Shown here: piece after piece, positions 58,766 to 64,000 of the stretch
Position numbering within the stretch: the first letter of the stretch is position 1
How the letters are laid out: each line of letters opens with the position of its first letter
NCBI GenBank assembly: GCA_029262835.1
Contig: JAJCYQ010000095.1
Coordinates: forward strand, 4,625 to 68,624
DNA: 64,000 nucleotides
Direction: 5' to 3'
From: Bacteroidota bacterium
Lineage (GTDB): Bacteria > Bacteroidota > Rhodothermia > Rhodothermales > UBA10348
Translations under genes and position numbers: made by a program
Notes under the pieces: model-generated
Told to the model about the DNA's origin: nothing
Database searches by the model: none
The model's input: only the letters and a program-made list of their open reading frames with translations

Positions 58766-59994
58766 GTTTTAGGGAGGATGCGGACCGTGGAAAATGAGGC
58801 TGGATGGAACAGGTCCTGCGCCACATTCAGCACGTCGTCAGGTGTAACGGCTTCGATCATGCCCAGGATCTGGTCCAGCGAAAAGTAGGTGTTGTAATAT
58901 AATTCCTGCCTGCCAATGCGCATCATCCGACTGCCCATGCTTTCGAGCCCCAGCATGATACCGCCCTTGACCTGGCTGCGCGCACGCTCCAGCATGCGCG
59001 GCGAAACGGGTTTCTGTACGAGTTTGTCCAGTTCTCGCATCATGAGTTCGCGCGCGTGGTCCACGCGCATGCCGTCCGTGCCCATGTATATACCAAAGTC
59101 TCCTGTGTCGGAGTGCATGTTGGCAAATGAATAGATATTGTAGCAGTATCCGTAGCGCTCCCGGATATTCTGGTTCAGACGGGAAGACATCCCCCCTCCA
59201 AGCAGTGTATTCAGGATGGACAGGGCGACCCGCCTCGAATCGTGCACGGAGTATGCCCGCCGTCCCACGACGAGGTGGGCCTGTTGGATGGGACGGCTTT
59301 CGGACACGAAGCCGGGCTCAGCGTCTGGAATGGGACGAACCGGCATCTCGCTCCGTACGGCAGTGCGTGGGCTGTTCCGGAAGGCTTTCTCCACATGGCG
59401 GACCAGCGCTGCGTGGGAGACGTTTCCAGCCGCTGCAATCACGATCCGGTCGTGCGTGTAGCTGGAAGCCATGAAGTCCATCAGTCCGGCGCGTGAAAAC
59501 GAGCGAACGGTATCCTCTGTCCCAATGACAGGTTGCCCCATGGGATGGTCGGGAAACAGCGTTTCGTCGAGTACATCGAACACCCGATCCTCGGGCGTAT
59601 CGTCGTACATCTTCATTTCCTCAATCACGACATCCTTCTCCCGCTCCAATTCCCGCTCGGGAAATACCGGGTTAAGAATCAGATCACAGACCGTGTCAAC
59701 GGCTCTGGGAATATGTTCGTCGAGTGCGCGCGCATAAAAACAGGTGTATTCCTTGGAAGTGAACGCATTCAGGTATCCGCCCACGTTCTCCATGCGCTGC
59801 GCGATGTGATGCATACGGCGCTTTGTAGTGCCCTTGAACACCATGTGCTCAATGAAATGGCACGCACCGCTCTCTGTAGGCTGCTCATCACGGCTTCCCG
59901 TATGCACCCATGCCCCGATACTTACACTTCGTACGGAGGGGATGGTCTCCGTGACGATGCGTACTCCGTTGTCGAGAATGGTCTTTTCAAACAT
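58762..59994 (-). CDS. M16 family (pitrilysin/insulinase-like) zinc peptidase
   Basis: Inverted zinc motif HFIEH (HxxEH) followed by a downstream Glu (EREKDVVIEE). 410 aa. Confidence 0.88.
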   Translation of the reverse strand: MFEKTILDNGVRIVTETIPSVRSVSIGAWVHTGSRDEQPTESGACHFIEHMVFKGTTKRRMHHIAQRMENVGGYLNAFTSKEYTCFYARALDEHIPRAVDTVCDLILNPVFPERELEREKDVVIEEMKMYDDTPEDRVFDVLDETLFPDHPMGQPVIGTEDTVRSFSRAGLMDFMASSYTHDRIVIAAAGNVSHAALVRHVEKAFRNSPRTAVRSEMPVRPIPDAEPGFVSESRPIQQAHLVVGRRAYSVHDSRRVALSILNTLLGGGMSSRLNQNIRERYGYCYNIYSFANMHSDTGDFGIYMGTDGMRVDHARELMMRELDKLVQKPVSPRMLERARSQVKGGIMLGLESMGSRMMRIGRQELYYNTYFSLDQILGMIEAVTPDDVLNVAQDLFHPASFSTVRILPKT

Positions 59995-60022
59995 CAGTTA
60001 CCGCCTTGTCATGTGTATATAC

Positions 60023-60056
60023 GAATAGCGGAGACCCGAGAAGGCCTCCGCTATTC
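60023..60056 (-). terminator. Long hairpin downstream of pnp (putative terminator or 3' stabiliser)
   Basis: GAATAGCGGAG (60023-60033) pairs perfectly with CTCCGCTATTC (60046-60056), and the stem can extend inward with one mismatch. On the minus strand it lies 76 nt after the pnp stop and 29 nt before the M16 start. No clean U tract follows. Confidence 0.4.
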
Positions 60057-60131
60057 GCTGGTGGCGTGCTAACACGCCCTCGTTCAGGGCCTGAAGACAG
60101 GCTCGAGCAGGATGTAGACCGGCGCGTTGTC

Positions 60132-62390
60132 TCAGCGACGCCCGCCACGATCTCCGCCACGCCCGCGTCCACCGCCGTCGCGTCCACGGCCACCGCCGTC
60201 GCGCCCACGGCCACGACCACCGCCGCGATCCTCGCGCGGAGGACGCTCCTCGTAGCCTTCCGGCTTCTCGATGAATGGCTTGCGACTGAATCTCAGCTTG
60301 CCATCGTCACGGACTTCGATGAGTTTGACCTTGATCTTGTCACCAACCTGGACGTAGTCGTCGACATTCGAGACATACCCCCAGTCGAGCTCGGAGACGT
60401 GAAGCAGGCCTTCTTTGCCCGGGAGAATTTCCACGATGGCGCCGAAGCCTTCAACCTTGCGAACGGTGCCTTCGTACTCTTCACCTTCTTCTGGCTGAGT
60501 AACAATCCCTTTTATGATGGCGAGTGCTGCCTCGGCATCGTCACCATTCACGGCAGCTATCGTGACAAATCCGAGACCATCTTCCTCCGAGATCTCCACC
60601 GTCGTATTCGTATCGCGCTGGATGCCCTGGATGATCTTGCCACCGGGCCCAATGACCGCTCCGATGAAGCTGGGGTCAATGGCAATCCGTGTGAGCCGCG
60701 GAGCGTGTCGAGAAAGTTCTTCACGCGGGGAAGCAATGGCGGCATCCATGATGTCAAGGATGTGGAGCCGTCCCTCCCGTGCCTGGTGAAGAGCCTGCGA
60801 CATGACCTCGCGCGAGAGGCCGTCAATCTTGATATCCATCTGACATGCCGTAACACCGTCACGCGTGCCGGTCACCTTGAAGTCCATGTCACCAAGGTGA
60901 TCTTCCGTACCCAGGATATCGGACAACACGGCGACGCGCTGACCGTCTGAGATGAGACCCATGGCAATGCCGCTCACGGCCTTGCGCAACGGGACGCCTG
61001 CATCCATCATGGCCATGGAGCCCGAACATACACTCGCCATGGACGAGGACCCGTTGGACTCCAGTACGTCCGAGTTTATGCGGATGGTGTACGGAAACTC
61101 TTCTTCATCTGGCAGCATGCCGGCAAGGGCACGCTCGGCGAGGTAGCCATGACCAATTTCACGGCGGCTGGCGCCTCTCAGGAACTTGGCTTCACCTGTA
61201 CAGAACGGGGGGAAACTGTAATGCAGGTAAAACGAGCGGTCGGTCTGGTCGAAGACCTGGTCTACGGCCTGGACGTCACGTCCCGTTCCGAGTGTGACGC
61301 TCGAGAGGACCTGTGTCTCACCACGTGTGAAGACGGCACTGCCGTGCGTACGAGGAAGATATCCGATATCACACCAGATGTCGCGAATGTCGGTGAGGCC
61401 ACGGCCATCAAGGCGCTTCTTCTCGGCGAGAATCATGTCCCGCATGACGTCCTTCTCGACGTGGGACACAGCGTCCTTGATGTCGCCTTTCGTCCAGCCC
61501 TCTTCCGTCGCGTCAACCGCGTCGTCACCTGTTCCGAGCAGTGCTTCGACTGCGGCCGTCTTGATCTCATCCATGCCGCCATAGAACGACTCCTTGTCGT
61601 AAGGAGCGTGAATGTGGGTGGCAATGCGGTCCGATACCATAGGACGCACTTTTTCGATCAGCTCGCTGGCCGGACCGACAGTTGAGTACTCCATAGGGGT
61701 CACACCACCTACGGCGATGACCATTTCCTGCTGGAGTGCGCAGAGCTTCTTGATGGCTTCGTGTCCGACATCGAATGCTTCCAGCATGTCGTCTTCCGAT
61801 GCCTCGTCCATATCGCCCTCAACCATCACGACGGCGTCATGCTTACCGGCAATGACCAGATTCATGTCTGAATCTTCCAGTTCTGCCAGGGACGGATTTA
61901 CGATAAACTGACCATCGACGCGGCCCACCCGGACTTCAGCGATGGGACCGGCGAAGGGAGCGCCCGAGAGCATCAGAGCCGCGGAGCTTCCGACTGCTGC
62001 AATCATGTCGGCGTCGTTCTCTTCGTCCGCCGAAATGACCGATGCTATGATCTGCACTTCGTTCATGAAACCATCCGGAAAGAGGGGGCGAACAGGCCTG
62101 TCTATGAGACGGCAGGTCAAGACCTCCTTATCGGTTGGGCGTCCTTCACGCTTGATGAAACCGCCCGGAAATTTGCCGGCGGCCGAAAATTTCTCACGAT
62201 ACTCGACCGTAAGTGGAAAGAAAGGTTGTCCCTCCCGGGCCGACTTGTTGACAACAACGGTGCAGAGCACCATCGTATCGCCCATGCGGGCCACTACGGC
62301 TCCGGAAGCCTGCTTCGCGAGGCGACCGGTTTCAAGGGACAGTACTTTTCCGGGGGCAAATTCAATTTCCCGGATGATTGCTTCAGACAT
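60132..62390 (-). CDS. pnp: Polyribonucleotide nucleotidyltransferase (PNPase) with C-terminal RGG-rich tail
   Basis: Two RNase PH domains, then KH (GPGGKIIQGIQ) and S1 (GTVRKVEGFGAIVEI) domains. An additional ~40-aa Arg/Gly/Asp tail follows. Confidence 0.96.
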   Translation of the reverse strand: MSEAIIREIEFAPGKVLSLETGRLAKQASGAVVARMGDTMVLCTVVVNKSAREGQPFFPLTVEYREKFSAAGKFPGGFIKREGRPTDKEVLTCRLIDRPVRPLFPDGFMNEVQIIASVISADEENDADMIAAVGSSAALMLSGAPFAGPIAEVRVGRVDGQFIVNPSLAELEDSDMNLVIAGKHDAVVMVEGDMDEASEDDMLEAFDVGHEAIKKLCALQQEMVIAVGGVTPMEYSTVGPASELIEKVRPMVSDRIATHIHAPYDKESFYGGMDEIKTAAVEALLGTGDDAVDATEEGWTKGDIKDAVSHVEKDVMRDMILAEKKRLDGRGLTDIRDIWCDIGYLPRTHGSAVFTRGETQVLSSVTLGTGRDVQAVDQVFDQTDRSFYLHYSFPPFCTGEAKFLRGASRREIGHGYLAERALAGMLPDEEEFPYTIRINSDVLESNGSSSMASVCSGSMAMMDAGVPLRKAVSGIAMGLISDGQRVAVLSDILGTEDHLGDMDFKVTGTRDGVTACQMDIKIDGLSREVMSQALHQAREGRLHILDIMDAAIASPREELSRHAPRLTRIAIDPSFIGAVIGPGGKIIQGIQRDTNTTVEISEEDGLGFVTIAAVNGDDAEAALAIIKGIVTQPEEGEEYEGTVRKVEGFGAIVEILPGKEGLLHVSELDWGYVSNVDDYVQVGDKIKVKLIEVRDDGKLRFSRKPFIEKPEGYEERPPREDRGGGRGRGRDGGGRGRDGGGRGRGGDRGGRR

Positions 62391-62431
62391 GTTTTTTTGT
62401 TTTTTCCTCAGACTACACGTACGACGAGTAC

Positions 62432-62698
62432 TTACTTGCGGATACCCAACTCTGCGATAATGGCGCGGTAGCGCTCAATGTCACGATCCATCAGATAATT
62501 GAGGAGGCGACGGCGCTTTCCGACGAGTTGAAGAAGACCCCTGCGCGTTGAGTGGTCTTTCTTGTGGGTTTTCAGATGATCGGTCAGCGCGTTGATACGC
62601 TGCGTGAAAATCGCGATCTGGACTTCAGGAGTGCCGGTATCGGTGGCAGATTTGCCGTACTTCTCGACGGCCTCCTGGGTTGCATCTTTCGAAATCAT
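62432..62698 (-). CDS. rpsO: 30S ribosomal protein S15
   Basis: 88 aa with [36 protein letters not shown]. Immediately upstream of pnp. Confidence 0.97.
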   Translation of the reverse strand: MISKDATQEAVEKYGKSATDTGTPEVQIAIFTQRINALTDHLKTHKKDHSTRRGLLQLVGKRRRLLNYLMDRDIERYRAIIAELGIRK

Positions 62699-62826
62699 GG
62701 AGAGAACCTCTTTAGATTATACCATGCTAAAGAAGAACATTCCGGAAGGTGCCCGCTGAAGAAACAGCGCGCTCCAATAGAATGGTATTCAAAGCGCCGG
62801 GACCATCCCGGCATCACTGAAGATAT

Positions 62827-63744
62827 CTACCTCAGTGCGGCCCTGCAACGCAGCCTGTCCTCGTTAAGTTGCCGGATAAGGGCCTGTACCCCATCGAATT
62901 TGTGTTCGTCCCGCAATCGGACCACAAATTCTGCACGAACTTCACAGCCATACAGATCCGCATCCGTCTCGAGCAGGTGCACCTCAGCATGTTCCTCTGT
63001 ACCACCGAACGTCGGACGCACGCCGATATTGACCATGGATTTCCTGGGCGGGGCGCCTTCTACCGAGGCCCATGCCGCATACACACCGCATGCAGGCCGA
63101 ACGGCATGCTGCCGTTCCATATCCAGGTTCGCCGTTGGAAACCCGATTCTGGATCCCCGACCGTCCCCGCGTACGACCGTGCCTTTCAGGCTGAACGCCC
63201 GTCCCAGCATGCGCGCCGCATCTTCCACACGTCCTGCCGCCAACGCGCGCCGTATCCGGGAAGAGGAGACCGCACCGTCACCGTCGTGCACAGCCGAGAC
63301 TTCGTAGATATCGTACCCATACTTCATGCCGAGGGAGGCCATGGACGCTGCGTCTCCTTCCCGTCCGTGTCCAAACCTGTGATCGTGCCCCATTACAACG
63401 GCCGAGGCCCGCAATTGGCCCACAAGTACATCTCTCACGAAGGCCTCCGGCGACAGTGCGGCAACGCTTCGGTCAAAGTGCATGACGGCCACATCATCAG
63501 CTCCAGCGGCCAGCAGGAGCGCATTCCGCTCGTCAGAAGCGGTCAGTTGGGGTTTAACGACTCCACCAAGCACATGGCTTGGATGTGGATGAAACGTGAG
63601 GACAATGGATGCTATACCCCTGCTGCGAGCGACCCGCGCCGCTCGCTCCACGAGCGCCCGGTGCCCCTGATGCACGCCGTCAAAACTACCGACTGTGACC
63701 ACGGCCGCCTCGTCGGCGCGGCCTCCGCTGGCGTAGGTAATCAT
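62827..63744 (-). CDS. ribF: Bifunctional riboflavin kinase / FMN adenylyltransferase
   Basis: The FMNAT motif VTVGSFDGVHQGH and the kinase motif IGFPTANL...GVY. The start at 63744 forms an ATGA overlap with the truB stop. The longer ORF-track start (63840) would overlap truB. Confidence 0.92.
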   Translation of the reverse strand: MITYASGGRADEAAVVTVGSFDGVHQGHRALVERAARVARSRGIASIVLTFHPHPSHVLGGVVKPQLTASDERNALLLAAGADDVAVMHFDRSVAALSPEAFVRDVLVGQLRASAVVMGHDHRFGHGREGDAASMASLGMKYGYDIYEVSAVHDGDGAVSSSRIRRALAAGRVEDAARMLGRAFSLKGTVVRGDGRGSRIGFPTANLDMERQHAVRPACGVYAAWASVEGAPPRKSMVNIGVRPTFGGTEEHAEVHLLETDADLYGCEVRAEFVVRLRDEHKFDGVQALIRQLNEDRLRCRAALR

Positions 63745-64000
63745 GACATCTGCTCCAGGAGGGCTGAAACCGGCCAGGCATTGTCCACGTGATAATCTCC
63801 AATCTGGACGCGGCGCAGCGCCGTGAGGTGACCGCCGCATCCGAGGGCTTCTCCGAACTCACTGGCAAGGGACCGGATGTACGTGCCTTTGGAACAGGTT
63901 ACTCTGAACGATACATCGGCCCCGTCGGGCGCACCCAGTTCGAACTCGGAAATATGAACATCGCGAGTTGGAAGCGTGATGCGCTCACCGCGCCGGGCTT
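63741..64000 (-). CDS. truB: tRNA pseudouridine(55) synthase, C-terminal part (runs off the window)
   Basis: Manual translation of the minus strand gives ...CSKGTYIRSLASEFGEALGCGGHLTALRRVQIGDY...LLEQMS*. CSKGTYIRSL is a TruB signature. The 5' end lies beyond 64000. Confidence 0.9.
   Translation of the reverse strand, partial: ARRGERITLPTRDVHISEFELGAPDGADVSFRVTCSKGTYIRSLASEFGEALGCGGHLTALRRVQIGDYHVDNAWPVSALLEQMS

Noticed and set aside
60169-60210. Short tandem DNA repeats that could suggest a CRISPR or VNTR array.
   Set aside because: There are only two 21-bp units, with no spacers, and they lie in frame within pnp, encoding the RGG tail. I saw no CRISPR-like repeat-spacer pattern anywhere in the window.

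Overview
GC-rich bacterial chromosomal segment (by eye roughly 60-65% GC, not computed), densely packed with about 58 protein genes and 2 tRNAs, almost all core housekeeping. The gene families suggest a Bacteroidota/Rhodothermota-like organism. These are an STN + CarboxypepD_reg TonB-dependent transducer with ECF sigma and FecR, a DUF1015-serA-serC cluster, a Cys-poor DksA-like gene between ileS and lspA, a type-2 IleRS, and a small SGCGID-motif protein. This placement is inference only.

Gene order:
- tRNA-fMet(-), DUF1015-serA-serC, pntAA-pntAB-pntB, tesA(-) divergent from ybbA-ybbP-like ABC genes
- yggS, divIVA, purine nucleoside phosphorylase, ileS, dksA-like, lspA
- TonB-dependent transducer / FecR / ECF sigma (-)
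- lepA, hypothetical, lepB
- L,D-transpeptidase, RCK K-channel-like protein and a hypothetical (all -)
- SDR, tandem YjbQ-like protein (-), M14 carboxypeptidase, LuxE-like enzyme, crotonase, hypothetical
- purM, plsY-gpsA-AlbA_2, parC-parE, tRNA-Lys, lrp(-) divergent from a long PLP enzyme
- thioredoxin-like, tandem TerB-like, DinB(-), fxsA(-), tyrosine recombinase, miaA
- A long minus-strand run: truB-ribF-rpsO-pnp-M16 peptidase-epimerase-scpA-scpB-rluB-guaB-pepP-GT4-RsbW-like kinase-GT/methyltransferase fusion

Many junctions overlap by 1-4 nt (ATGA/TAATG), consistent with translational coupling.

I found no CRISPR array, transposase, prophage, toxin-antitoxin pair or recognisable defence island, and no convincing novel multi-gene system. 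The least ordinary signals are:
1. A 292-bp element with perfect 25-bp terminal inverted repeats between pntB and tesA. It supplies the stop codon of pntB and the last codons of tesA.
2. A dispersed short motif, TAGAAGCGTG(YT), sitting exactly on the TAG stop codons of three unrelated genes.
3. A tandem-duplicated YjbQ/UPF0047-like protein.
4. A K-channel homologue whose filter reads TIGFR instead of TVGYG.
5. An orphan RsbW-like kinase embedded between glycosyltransferases, one of them fused to a SAM methyltransferase.

Long ORFs antisense to recognised genes are treated as GC-rich shadow ORFs.
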